A DNA stretch of 36,052 nt. It comes from a virus (Duplodnaviria; Caudoviricetes). The notes under the pieces are model-generated. The model was not told where the DNA came from. It made no database searches and saw only the letters and a list, made by a program, of their open reading frames with translations. How positions within the stretch are numbered: position 1 is the stretch's first letter; the number at the start of each line of letters is the position of its first letter. The position numbers and the translations under genes are program-made. Where the stretch lies: IMG/VR virus record IMGVR_UViG_3300027874_000023, positions 1-36,052 of that record; one strand, 5' to 3'. Below are positions 10,055 through 19,047 of the stretch, piece after piece.

Positions 10055-10846
10055 CTACTTCACCTCCTCCTCCGCGAGAAGACGCGCGAGCGCGTCGTCC
10101 AGCGACCCCTCCAACACCTCCCCCAGCGCGAGGTTGATGTTCGTCTGGAAGGACACGAGTAGCTCGCGGGCGTACTCGCGCCACTCTTCGTCCTGGACGA
10201 GAGCGAAGAGATCCTGGTAGCCCTGGCAGATCGAGCGAATCTGGGCGCGACCGCGGCCGAGCGAGGCGACGAACGCGCTTACGGCCTGGTCGGGATTCTC
10301 CTTCAGCCGCGCCGCGTCCTTCGCCGCCACCTTGCGCTTGACGTCTTTGAACTTCGGCTTCGGCCGGTCGGCGTACACCGTTCGCTTCACGGTCTCGTCC
10401 GCGACGGCCTTCTCGATCCGCTCGACGGCCGCGTCTGGGAGGCCCTGAACCGCCTCGATGATCTGAGTCGCCGTGACTCTGTCCGGACGGATGCCTCGCT
10501 TCGTCCTGACGGTGCCGAGCAATACGAGAGCTTTCTCGGCATCCGACTTGCACGCCTTCTTCGCTTCGATCACGCGCTCAAAGGGGTGCTTCCTGAACTC
10601 CGGCGCCAGGCGCCGGTTTTCGGGATCGTCCAGCCAGCGGCCGACGCCGAAGAACTGCTCGATCCGCGTCGGCCTGTAGCTCGGGTAGCCATTGTCGGCC
10701 AGGTACTTCGCCGCACGCTCGTGTTCGCCATGCCGAGCGGTTCCCCGTTGGGTCACGGCGATCTCGTCCAGCAGTGCGTCGATAATCGGCCACCGACTCC
10801 GCTCGGCTGACTCCACGGCTGCGAGTGTTCTCGGGTACTCCTTCAT
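10055..10846 (-). CDS. Hypothetical protein (263 aa)
   Basis: SD AAGGAGG 5' of the ATG; abuts the downstream gene. Confidence 0.7.
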   Translation of the reverse strand: MKEYPRTLAAVESAERSRWPIIDALLDEIAVTQRGTARHGEHERAAKYLADNGYPSYRPTRIEQFFGVGRWLDDPENRRLAPEFRKHPFERVIEAKKACKSDAEKALVLLGTVRTKRGIRPDRVTATQIIEAVQGLPDAAVERIEKAVADETVKRTVYADRPKPKFKDVKRKVAAKDAARLKENPDQAVSAFVASLGRGRAQIRSICQGYQDLFALVQDEEWREYARELLVSFQTNINLALGEVLEGSLDDALARLLAEEEVK

Positions 10847-10921
10847 GCTCTAGCCTCCTTCTGCCGGGGCGCTGTTTCCGAACGGCGGCGGCGGTGCCCC
10901 GGCGTTACACCGCGCTCTGCA

Positions 10922-11581
10922 CTATGACAGACGTTCGGCAGCCTCCGCAACGTCTCGCTGGAAGGCCTCTCGACCCTGCGCGAGCCAGGCGAGCGTAATC
11001 GAGAGCACGTGGTAGCGCTTCAGGCGCGAAGACTCGTCTTCGAAGCCGAGGATCCCGGCGATGTCGTCCACCCACTCGTCCAGGATCTCCGCCCCGACCT
11101 CCGCGTCGTCGGGGACGGTGACCGTCCAGGTCTTCGACCGGCGCCGTGGCAGCGGCTCTCGCTTACGCTTCGGCTTGCCACACGTCGGGCAGGTCTCTGT
11201 GTTCACGGCCGAGTGCGGAGCCTCCCGGCGTGCGGCGCCTGGGGGTTGGGAGGAGAGAAGGCCGACTCGTACCCAGGTCTCCTCGTCCACCCTCTTCTCC
11301 CACCAGAAGAGGCCGGAGGAAAGGACGATCCGCGCCCGGTAGCCGCCGATCTCTCCCGTGACCTGGTTGTGGTGGACGAGGCAGAGGCCGACCTTGTTGC
11401 CGACGATCGTCCCGTCCGGCAACTCCACCCACTCGTAGGGCTGGCCGCGCAAGTAGGAGCGTGCCCAGAGGTGGTGTCCGTGAACCGACTTCAGCGCGCA
11501 GGACGGCTCGGCGCAGATCTCGTTCACCTCGTAAGACTTGCCCGGAGATCCCCTGACTCCTGTTGCGGGGAGAAGCGTCAC
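10922..11581 (-). CDS. HNH endonuclease-like protein with an extra zinc-binding segment
   Basis: CAEPSC...HGHH...GNKVGLCLVHHNQV (HNH pattern); later CPTCGK. Confidence 0.65.
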   Translation of the reverse strand: MTLLPATGVRGSPGKSYEVNEICAEPSCALKSVHGHHLWARSYLRGQPYEWVELPDGTIVGNKVGLCLVHHNQVTGEIGGYRARIVLSSGLFWWEKRVDEETWVRVGLLSSQPPGAARREAPHSAVNTETCPTCGKPKRKREPLPRRRSKTWTVTVPDDAEVGAEILDEWVDDIAGILGFEDESSRLKRYHVLSITLAWLAQGREAFQRDVAEAAERLS

Positions 11582-11714
11582 GCGGAGGGGGCCGGGCAGC
11601 GGACGTAATCGCCCAGGCCGCTACCTGCCGAATGTCTGCCCGGAGCTACCGGGCTGGTCGGGCCGGACGGCCCCCTCGTGGGCAACCGGCCGCGCGCGTA
11701 CTCACCGGCCCCAG

Positions 11715-12002
11715 TCATTCGCGCTTCAGCATCAGCACGTTCCAGCGCCACATGCTCAGACGCATGAACTCCGGCGCGAAGGTCAGGTCGCGCCCGTCAT
11801 CGAGCAGCACCGTCACCTTCGGCGGCTGCGTCGTGGTCGCGCCCGCTGCGGTCTGGATCAACTCGCCCATCGGCTTGGTGATGTGCAGCACCATTCCCGC
11901 CCAGGTCTCCTCCCCGACCATCACCTCCACCCTGTCGCCGGGGCGCAGTTCGAAGCCGTGGACATCGACCACGGTCTCCGTCATTTCGATCAGTTCAGCC
12001 AC
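11715..12002 (-). CDS. Small SH3/KOW-like hypothetical protein
   Basis: LRPGDRVEV...AGMVL...VTVLLDDG; overlaps the upstream stop. Confidence 0.6.
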   Translation of the reverse strand: MAELIEMTETVVDVHGFELRPGDRVEVMVGEETWAGMVLHITKPMGELIQTAAGATTTQPPKVTVLLDDGRDLTFAPEFMRLSMWRWNVLMLKRE

Positions 12003-12936
12003 GTTCGTGCTTCCAGGCCGGGCAGTCCTTGCGGAAGCCGCAGTAGTCGCAGGCCGGGCCGCCGCGGTAGTCGTGGACGAGGCCGGAGAGCGGCCAGGTC
12101 CCGTCCGGGCCGTAGCGGTCGTAGTAGCGCTCGATGTCGATCGCGTGCGCGCGGATCACGTTCTCGATCGCCTCCCTCTGGAGGATTCCTGTCGTCACCA
12201 TCATCTGCTCGTGCTCCAGCGGCGTGGCGATCGAAGGCACCTTCGCGCGGGACGCACTGTGGAAGTGCGTCGGCTTGGAGTTGTAGAGGGTGTAGATGGA
12301 TCCCTGGAGCCGCCAGTTGGCGTCCGGCTTCTTCTGCACGCTCTTGCCGGTCTTCAGATCGACGTTGTCCATCTCCTCTTCGAAGTCGATGTAGCCGACG
12401 ATCGGCACGGGCACGCCGGGGATGGTGAATTCGAACCTCTCCTCCACCCTGATCGGCTGCACGCGCGGGGAGACGATCGAGTGGTAGGCGCCGGTCACGC
12501 GGGCGCCGTCGGAGCGGACGGTGTCGGGCTTGTTGTCCCAGCGGATCTCGTCCAGGCCGCCGTCCTCTTCGACCGCTTCCGGCCAGGCTGCGTCGTTGAA
12601 GTACTCGACCACCTCGGTCACCGGCAGATCCTCGTGCGACTCGATCTTCTGCGTGTGCGTGAAGGCGAGTGCGGCGTGGACGGCGGATCCCATCACCAGC
12701 GCCTCGCCCGGGCGTTCCTTCATGTCCAGGATGTAGCGCCGCCGCCAGGCTTCCGGGCAGATCCTGAGCAGGCGAAGCCCGGAAGCCGAGAGGTGCTTCA
12801 GCACGCCGTCCAGCCACACGTCCGGCCGCTCGTAGACCGGCGGAGCGACCGGTGGCGCGTAGCGCCTACTCGACGTACTGGTCGTACTGGCCTTCCTGCG
12901 GGCCGGGGTCTGCCGACACCCAGTCCGGCTCGCCAT
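11995..12936 (-). CDS. PD-(D/E)XK nuclease (RecB/AddB-like phage exonuclease); start uncertain
   Basis: HLSASGL...CP...GSAVHAAL; VEERF...GYID...VDLKTG; QGSIY; C-terminal CDYCGFRKDC. Confidence 0.85.
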   Translation of the reverse strand: MASRTGCRQTPARRKASTTSTSSRRYAPPVAPPVYERPDVWLDGVLKHLSASGLRLLRICPEAWRRRYILDMKERPGEALVMGSAVHAALAFTHTQKIESHEDLPVTEVVEYFNDAAWPEAVEEDGGLDEIRWDNKPDTVRSDGARVTGAYHSIVSPRVQPIRVEERFEFTIPGVPVPIVGYIDFEEEMDNVDLKTGKSVQKKPDANWRLQGSIYTLYNSKPTHFHSASRAKVPSIATPLEHEQMMVTTGILQREAIENVIRAHAIDIERYYDRYGPDGTWPLSGLVHDYRGGPACDYCGFRKDCPAWKHERG

Positions 12937-13546
12937 TCTGAGCCACCGGCTGCTGTTGCACGACCGGCTGCGAGGGCTGACTGAAGGGCCTGACCGAGAA
13001 GGGGAGCGGGCCGTACATGTAGTAGGTCATCCAGGCCTCGGCCGCCGAGACCAGGCCCGGCATGTCGCGCTCACCCTCCGGGATCACGCCCGCCACCAGC
13101 ATCGCGCCGACGACCTTGCTGGCGCACTGGCGGTTGATGTTCAGGTCCTTCTCCATCCCCATCAGCGACGGCTGCACCGGAGGGGCCTGGGGCTGCTGGG
13201 GAGCCTGCTGGGGCTGCTGCTGGAACTGCTGGGGCTGAGGCTGATACTGCACCGGCTGTTGCTGCGCGTGCCCGGGGGCGACGGCCTCCAGGCGCCGGTT
13301 GACGAACGGCTTGCCGGTGCGCTGGTTGATCGTGTCCGCTTCGGACTCGGTGTACTCGGCCTGCACCGGCTGGCCGAGTAGCGCCATCATCTGCTGGATC
13401 AGCTGAGGTAGCGAAGTGTCCAGCTTGATCGGGTACTGGCGGCCCGGCTCCATCACGTGGAAGCGCATCCAACCGCCCTGCCTCGGCTCGACCGAGTGCA
13501 GCGTTCCGTTGGCCTGCTTGCGAACAGGCCCGGTCTGTGGAAACAC
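12866..13546 (-). CDS. Putative ssDNA-binding/recombination protein
   Basis: SD AAGGAGG then GTG at 13546; beta-rich N-terminus, Q/P-rich linker, acidic/aromatic tail; adjacent to the exonuclease. Confidence 0.5.
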   Translation of the reverse strand: MFPQTGPVRKQANGTLHSVEPRQGGWMRFHVMEPGRQYPIKLDTSLPQLIQQMMALLGQPVQAEYTESEADTINQRTGKPFVNRRLEAVAPGHAQQQPVQYQPQPQQFQQQPQQAPQQPQAPPVQPSLMGMEKDLNINRQCASKVVGAMLVAGVIPEGERDMPGLVSAAEAWMTYYMYGPLPFSVRPFSQPSQPVVQQQPVAQNGEPDWVSADPGPQEGQYDQYVE

Positions 13547-13583
13547 GATGTTCCTCCTTGTCTCCTGGGGTAACGAAGTGATA

Positions 13584-13781
13584 CTACCGCTTCCGTCGGA
13601 CGACACGCCTGCGCCAGTGAGCCACCTCCCACGCGGGGGCGGAATCAGGCAACCTCGGCGCTTCCCTCGGAAGGACGTAGGCCTTGAGGGGGAGCAGTTG
13701 AAGCAACGGTCGGCTAGGGCCGTCTTCGTTGTAGGGACTGTCAGGTACTGCGAGGGGCCTCCGAAGGCCATCTCGGTGCAT
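13584..13781 (-). CDS. Hypothetical protein (65 aa)
   Basis: Strong SD GAAAGGAGG upstream of the ATG. Confidence 0.55.
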   Translation of the reverse strand: MHRDGLRRPLAVPDSPYNEDGPSRPLLQLLPLKAYVLPREAPRLPDSAPAWEVAHWRRRVVRRKR

Positions 13782-13789
13782 CTCGGTGC

Positions 13790-13930
13790 CTCCTTTCCTA
13801 GAGACAGAGAGAGGGGTATCTGGTTTTCTTCCCTTTCTTGGGTATGTGGGGTGTCTGGTTCGGGTTACCCAGATCCCCTAGATCCCCCAGGAACCCCAGA
13901 TTCCCCTGACGGAGAAGTGGGGGATCTGGC
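13790..13930. repeat. Iteron-like repeats; candidate replication origin
   Basis: 9-bp tandem units CCCAGATCC/CCTAGATCC/CCCAGGAAC/CCCAGATTC (13868-13903); inverted copy GGGGGATCTGG (13919-13929); direct repeat GGGGTRTCTGGTT (13813 and 13848); locally lower GC. Confidence 0.5.
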
Positions 13931-15034
13931 CTCTCGGTTTTCCCTCCCGGCCTCGGTCAGAGCGACCACCCAGCGGCTGACTTTCTCGCTTTCGGGCAGC
14001 CTCACGGGGATCGCTTGGATCAGCCCGCGGCCGTTTCTCCCGAGCTTTTCGGTGCGGATCTTCTGCACGGTCTTCGCGGCCAGGCCGGTCTGCTCGGCCA
14101 CCATCGCGTCCAGGACACTCGACTCCAACTGCCCGCGCTCGTAGAGGAGGTCGAGGATCAACTCCTCGGCCTCGCCGCTACGGCTCATGGCTCGATCGGG
14201 CTTCTGCGAGACCAACTCGTCCGGATCCTCGTTCGAAGTGCCGACCACCACCATGTGTGAGATCTCCTCCCCTCCCCAGACTGGGGTGACTCCCTCCATG
14301 CGCAGCAGCAGTCCCGGCGTGCCCGCGGGGACGCGGTTGGCGGTCAGGAGGAGAAGGTGGCGGATCGCGGGGTCGCTGGGGTCGTGGTAGAGGCCGAGCA
14401 CGCCGCGCGGGAGATCGACCCAGGCGGTCGAGCCGAGGATTGAGCCGAGCGCGCCGTTCTCGCTGCCCTTGACCGTGACGTTGCGCGAGCCGACGATCAC
14501 GGTCTGCTGCTCGTCCGCGAGTCGGTTCAGCGCCCGTAGCATCGGACGCACGTCGCCGTCCGAGTTGGTCGAACGCCTGCTCTCCATCGCTCCTCCGAGC
14601 GGGTCGATCACCACCAACCCCACCTCTCCCGGCATCCCCATCCAGCGCTTGATCGTCTCGATGTGTGTCGGCAGGACGATGTCGGTGTCGATCGTCGGCA
14701 CGGCGACCATGTCGGTGTCGCCTCCGGCGATCTCGATCCTCGGGCGCACGTCGAGCGAGTAGGAGTCTTCGCCGCCGGAGACCCAGACCACCCGGCGTCC
14801 GAACTGCCGGTCGTCGCGGTCGAAGCTGCCGCGCGTGATGTGCGCAGCGAGCAGCGCCAGCCAGCTGCCCTTCCCGGCGTTCTTGCGTCCGGCGAGGAGG
14901 TGGAAGGCGTCGGCCATCAGCAGCGGCTTCTCCAGCCACTCCAGCGGCCGGATCGGCACGCTGCTGAGAAGCTGGAACTGAGGCTCGGGCTGGACGGTGT
15001 CGAAGAGGCCCGGGGGAATCGGCGGCACGCTCAT
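13865..15034 (-). CDS. RepA-like AAA_25 (SF4/RecA-fold) helicase with possible C-terminal wHTH
   Basis: Walker A AGRKNAGKGS; Walker B LVVIDP; GSILGSTAW motif; ATG overlaps the upstream TGA. Confidence 0.8.
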   Translation of the reverse strand: MSVPPIPPGLFDTVQPEPQFQLLSSVPIRPLEWLEKPLLMADAFHLLAGRKNAGKGSWLALLAAHITRGSFDRDDRQFGRRVVWVSGGEDSYSLDVRPRIEIAGGDTDMVAVPTIDTDIVLPTHIETIKRWMGMPGEVGLVVIDPLGGAMESRRSTNSDGDVRPMLRALNRLADEQQTVIVGSRNVTVKGSENGALGSILGSTAWVDLPRGVLGLYHDPSDPAIRHLLLLTANRVPAGTPGLLLRMEGVTPVWGGEEISHMVVVGTSNEDPDELVSQKPDRAMSRSGEAEELILDLLYERGQLESSVLDAMVAEQTGLAAKTVQKIRTEKLGRNGRGLIQAIPVRLPESEKVSRWVVALTEAGRENREARSPTSPSGESGVPGGSRGSG

Positions 15035-15291
15035 GCCGCGGGAACGTCGTTGATGTCGTCCAGCGAGAGGCGGCCGTCGGGAGGCTGGCGCTTCAGGCCG
15101 TAGCGGCGCAGCTGCGCGATCAGCAGCTGGTTCCAGGGGATGCGCTCGCCGCGCAGCAGCGCCCGGCAGAGATCGAGTGTCGGCGCGAGCGCGAGCGCCT
15201 TCAACCCGCGGATGCACTCGGCGTCGCGTCGCCACTCCTGTCGCGCGCGCTGGGTCTCGGCGTCGGCCAGCAGGTACTCCTCGATATCCAT
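15031..15291 (-). CDS. Hypothetical protein (86 aa, MDIEEYLL...)
   Basis: Coupled to the helicase by an ATGA overlap. Confidence 0.55.
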   Translation of the reverse strand: MDIEEYLLADAETQRARQEWRRDAECIRGLKALALAPTLDLCRALLRGERIPWNQLLIAQLRRYGLKRQPPDGRLSLDDINDVPAA

Positions 15292-15452
15292 TCCGATCAG
15301 ACGAGATACGGCATCCCCTTGTCCCGCCCGATCGCTGCGGTTACGCTCTTGCAAGATCTTCACCCCCGGAGGTAGTTGACTAGGCCCGGAAGCCAGGAGA
15401 CTACGCCTCCCTGTCGGGTCGAGCAAACCTGGCGGCCATGCGGCGGAGATTT

Positions 15453-15489
15453 CGAAGGGCGCAGCTTGTTGCGGGGGCTGCGCCCTTCG
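15453..15489. promoter_or_regulatory. 13-bp perfect inverted repeat in a divergent intergenic region
   Basis: CGAAGGGCGCAGC (15453-15465) / GCTGCGCCCTTCG (15477-15489); -10-like TAGACT at 15501. Confidence 0.45.
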
Positions 15490-15537
15490 CATCGAAGGCC
15501 TAGACTGGCCCCAGACGTCAGTCCGAAGGGAGGCCGC

Positions 15538-16008
15538 ATGGCAGACGAGAAGGCTGCTCCGAAGAAGCAGCCGACCACCAAGCAGGACGACGCGCCGGAG
15601 GCGCTCGGCCCGCAGTCGGAGCCGGAGGAGATCGAGTTGACGCCGCGGATCCCCGAGGCGAACGAGATCAGCCCCGCCGATCTGGAGTTGGGCGCGCTCG
15701 CGCAGATGCCCGCAGGCGAGACGATCCGGGTGAAGGTGAACCCGGAGACTCCTTCGCCGCAGCAGGTCGCGGCGGCGACTTCAGAAGTGCCCGGGCCGCC
15801 GGTCACGAAGGTGACGATCGAGTCCGAGGACGAGATCACGCGCACGCTCCGCCCCGACGATGCGGCGCTGATCTCGCAGCGCGTCGGCTCCGACCTCACC
15901 CACCCCGCTCACACGAGCAAGGGCCACTGGGCGAACCCGTCGCTGGCGGACATGACGGACGAGGAGAGAGAAGCCAACGAGAAGGCCTACGCTGGGCGGT
16001 TCGGCTAG
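15538..16008 (+). CDS. Acidic, low-complexity hypothetical protein (156 aa), opposite in orientation to its neighbours
   Basis: SD GGGAGG then ATG 15538; preceded by CGTCAGTC (15516-15523). Confidence 0.7.
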   Translation: MADEKAAPKKQPTTKQDDAPEALGPQSEPEEIELTPRIPEANEISPADLELGALAQMPAGETIRVKVNPETPSPQQVAAATSEVPGPPVTKVTIESEDEITRTLRPDDAALISQRVGSDLTHPAHTSKGHWANPSLADMTDEEREANEKAYAGRFG

Positions 16009-16082
16009 GCCGAACCTCCTTGGGGGAACCCTTCCTGGGGTTGACTGACGAGGGGCGGTCTAACGCAGCCGCCCCTCGTTCC

Positions 16083-17117
16083 CTACCGGCTCCAGACGAA
16101 CGCCCTTCTCGGCTTGATCACCAGCGGCAGATCCTCATCGCCCTTGACGAACGGGGCGATCCAGATCTGCCGGTAGACCGGGTTCGACCGCGGCCCGTAA
16201 GGCTGGTTCCGCCAGAAGCCGCCCGTCGCCGCACCGACGAAGAAGCGGTGCGAGTAGTGCGCCTTCTCGGGCACGTGCCCGTCCGGCGTCGGTGAGGCTT
16301 CACGCCGCAGCTTGACGACCATCACGTCCGAGCGACCGAAGCCCGTTCGCTCGCCTTCACGCCGTTGCGCGCGTGTCGCCCGTTGCTGGTGCCGGACGCT
16401 CAGCCGCTGCTGCATCAGCCGCAGCGTCGTCTGGATGATCCGCCACCACTCCTCGGCCCCGGTCGGGATGCCGACCGTGTCCACGTCGTTGCCTTCGAAG
16501 GACATGTCGTACCACCAGGGCGTGAAGTGCGTCGGGAGCACCGGGGGCGGTGTCCCGAGCCTGCCGGATTCCCAGTCTTGGCTGGGCTTCACGTACAGCG
16601 TCAGGGCGACGCCGTCACCGGCCATGTCCTCCCGGCGCGTCTGTTCGTAGTGCTGGAGCACGAACTCCATCCCCCTCTCCCCCGCCTGCTCGAAAAGCAT
16701 GGCGTCCCTCGCCTTGTCCGGGTCATCGACGGCGAACATCGGCGACCAGGAGAACCCGGCCAGCAGGATCGGGCGTCCATAGCGATCGGGGATTTCGAAC
16801 GGCTTCTCGTAGTAGAGGAAGCCGGTCGGGGTGAGGAAGTCGGTCGGGATCACCGGCTCCGGCTGGAAGCTTGCGCTTGCCGCCGCGGCGACCTCGCACA
16901 TGTCGCCGGAGACGTAGCAGGGAGTCGCCATCCGCAGCTTGCCGTACTCGGTCGAGAAGATGTCGGCCAGCAGGCCCGCCATGTGCCGGGGCACGCCGTG
17001 CTCGGCCTCGTTGACGTACTTCGCTCGCAGCCAGCCGATGCCGAGATCGGTGTTCAGCCAGCGCCAGAGCGCCAGCTGCGCGTCGTAGGCGTCCTGCCAC
17101 GGTTGTCTCGCTTGCAT
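16083..17117 (-). CDS. Conserved-type phage hypothetical protein (344 aa)
   Basis: C-terminal HRFFV...GFWRNQPYG...IWIAPFVKG resembles the uncharacterised 'RGHWR' phage motif; motif and SD upstream. Confidence 0.75.
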   Translation of the reverse strand: MQARQPWQDAYDAQLALWRWLNTDLGIGWLRAKYVNEAEHGVPRHMAGLLADIFSTEYGKLRMATPCYVSGDMCEVAAAASASFQPEPVIPTDFLTPTGFLYYEKPFEIPDRYGRPILLAGFSWSPMFAVDDPDKARDAMLFEQAGERGMEFVLQHYEQTRREDMAGDGVALTLYVKPSQDWESGRLGTPPPVLPTHFTPWWYDMSFEGNDVDTVGIPTGAEEWWRIIQTTLRLMQQRLSVRHQQRATRAQRREGERTGFGRSDVMVVKLRREASPTPDGHVPEKAHYSHRFFVGAATGGFWRNQPYGPRSNPVYRQIWIAPFVKGDEDLPLVIKPRRAFVWSR

Positions 17118-17175
17118 CTCGTACCTCCTGGGTTGACTGACGAGGTGCGCGTACCGGGTACACGCACCTCGCTCC

Positions 17176-17301
17176 CTACAGCTTGGTGCCCCAGGGCCGG
17201 TGATCCCGGCTCGGGTCAGGCCCGTCCAGGCAGGCCCAGAGGAAGAACAGCGGCCCTCCCGCGAACGAGGCGACGATTCCGATCCAGACGAGGACGCCCA
17301 T
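17176..17301 (-). CDS. Small membrane peptide (41 aa, MGVLVWIGIVASF...)
   Basis: TGATG coupling to the upstream gene; one hydrophobic segment. Confidence 0.55.
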   Translation of the reverse strand: MGVLVWIGIVASFAGGPLFFLWACLDGPDPSRDHRPWGTKL

Positions 17302-17843
17302 CAGTTGTCCCTCGCCGCCTGTGCTGCTTGCGCCTGCATGTAGCGAGGGCCTCCGGCCTTCGCCCGCTTGTAGGTCTCGGCGCCGAACTCGGTGTCGGTC
17401 TCGACCACGTACAGCTTCTCCTCGCCGTCGATCACCTCGTGGATCAGCTTCTTGCCCGGCTCCCTGGCGTCCATCGAGTTCTGGACGTCGCTGCCGTCCG
17501 CGTCCCAGATGTCGCCGTCGTTGGTGCCGTAGGGACCGCGTTGCTTGCTGCCGATCCCGTACAGGCCCGGCGGCGGTCCCTGGGTGATCATCATCGAGGG
17601 CGGGACGGCGATCTTCTCGCCGTTGATCTCCTCGACCGCGACGTGCCCGGGCACTCGTTCGAAGATCTGTCCTTCGACTTCGACCGGTCCCCAGACCATC
17701 TTGCCGCCCGGGATTCCGCACTCCGGGCAGAAGCCGCCTCTGCGGCCGTGCTCCGGCGCTCCGGCCCACTGCTCGTCCCAGCTGAGGACGACGTAGTGCA
17801 GGCCGCAGTTCTGGCACTTGATCCGGTACTCGTGCGTAGCCAT
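17301..17843 (-). CDS. Zinc-ribbon protein (180 aa)
   Basis: HEYRIKCQNCG...FCPECG; SD AAAGGAG then ATG 17843. Confidence 0.7.
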   Translation of the reverse strand: MATHEYRIKCQNCGLHYVVLSWDEQWAGAPEHGRRGGFCPECGIPGGKMVWGPVEVEGQIFERVPGHVAVEEINGEKIAVPPSMMITQGPPPGLYGIGSKQRGPYGTNDGDIWDADGSDVQNSMDAREPGKKLIHEVIDGEEKLYVVETDTEFGAETYKRAKAGGPRYMQAQAAQAARDN

Positions 17844-17888
17844 ACGCACTCCTTTCAGGGTTGACTGACGAGGGGCGTCGCCCCTCGC

Positions 17889-18128
17889 CTAGCGGATCTC
17901 GACCCGATCGACGTGATCGAGCCGGATCAGGTTCTTGGCCGCGATGCCCATGCGGGCGGCGTTGCGGGCCGAGTAGCTCCAGGTCATCAGGCACTCGCCG
18001 TTCAGGTAGCGCCTGTGGGGGCTGACCCGTTCGACCGCGTGCACGATCTCGGCCTCGCGCTCGGCCTGCTCGTCCGTGTTCATCTCGGCCGGACGGCTGT
18101 AGACGGTCAGGTGGATCTGCTCCGCCAT
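17889..18128 (-). CDS. Hypothetical protein (79 aa)
   Basis: Motif and SD GAAAGGAGG upstream. Confidence 0.7.
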   Translation of the reverse strand: MAEQIHLTVYSRPAEMNTDEQAEREAEIVHAVERVSPHRRYLNGECLMTWSYSARNAARMGIAAKNLIRLDHVDRVEIR

Positions 18129-18177
18129 CTCGTCCTCCTTTCGGGATCGACTGACGGGCGCCCCGGAGGGCGCCCGC

Positions 18178-18558
18178 TCACCGCTTTGCCGTGCCGTAGA
18201 GGAACTCCCGGCGCAGCATGTGCGCCAGCAGCCCGTCGTGCTGGTAGCGCGAGGTCACGTGGGCCATCACTTCGACCATCGCCTCGTCGTCCAGCTTGTC
18301 CAGCGCCTGCTTCTGCGTTGCCCGGAGCCGCGCGTTGATCACGCGGTTGCCGCCGTCGGAGATCGACCAGCGAAGGTCGTCGCCGCGCAGCAGCATCCCG
18401 TAGCGCCTCATCCAGGCGAGCCTGGAACCGACGCCCGTTCTGCCACGCTCGGTGTCCAGGCCGAGGGCCTCTGCGAACTCCTGCGTGGTGACGTTGTCGC
18501 CCTCGGCCGCCAGCTTCAGCATCAGGTCGAGATCGCGGAAGTCGTAGAGGCTGATCAC
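18178..18558 (-). CDS. Winged-helix protein (Mrr N-terminal-like)
   Basis: TTQEFAEALGL...VGSRLAWMRRYGML...WSISDGG; GTGA overlap with the upstream gene. Confidence 0.6.
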   Translation of the reverse strand: MISLYDFRDLDLMLKLAAEGDNVTTQEFAEALGLDTERGRTGVGSRLAWMRRYGMLLRGDDLRWSISDGGNRVINARLRATQKQALDKLDDEAMVEVMAHVTSRYQHDGLLAHMLRREFLYGTAKR

Positions 18559-19019
18559 GATCCGAACCTCACGACGCAGTAGCCCATCGAGCCGCCCCTG
18601 ACCTTGCGGTCGGAGCGGATCTGGCCTTCGCCGAGCAGGGCCTCGATCAGCCGCCTCGCCATGTCCTGGGCGACTCCGGTGCCTTCGGCTTGCATCGCTC
18701 GCATCAGCGACGAGGCCGTGAACGGCTCCTCCAGTCCGTCCAGGACGTTCCTGGCGAGGTCCAGCTTGCGCCGGAACTGCCCCTCGACCCGCTTCTGGCT
18801 GGAGCCGCCGTGCTTCGACTTCGGCTTCGCGCCGTTCTGTGACGGCTCGATCCGGTCGAGCACTGCCTTCAGCCGCTTGCGCGCGGAGTGAAGCTCTCCT
18901 GCCTCCACGCTCAGCGTCGTCAGCCGGGCCTCGATCTCTCGTAGCTCCAGCCGGACAGGTTCTGCGATCGCACGCAGACGCTCGTCGGCCTCCTTGGCCC
19001 AGTCACGTTGTTCCATCAC
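18555..19019 (-). CDS. Coiled-coil plus winged-helix protein
   Basis: N-terminal heptads; FTASSLMRAM...ARRLIEALLGEGQI; degenerate motif and SD upstream. Confidence 0.6.
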   Translation of the reverse strand: MMEQRDWAKEADERLRAIAEPVRLELREIEARLTTLSVEAGELHSARKRLKAVLDRIEPSQNGAKPKSKHGGSSQKRVEGQFRRKLDLARNVLDGLEEPFTASSLMRAMQAEGTGVAQDMARRLIEALLGEGQIRSDRKVRGGSMGYCVVRFGS

Positions 19020-19047
19020 TGCTCCTTCCTGGGGTTTGACTGCCCGC

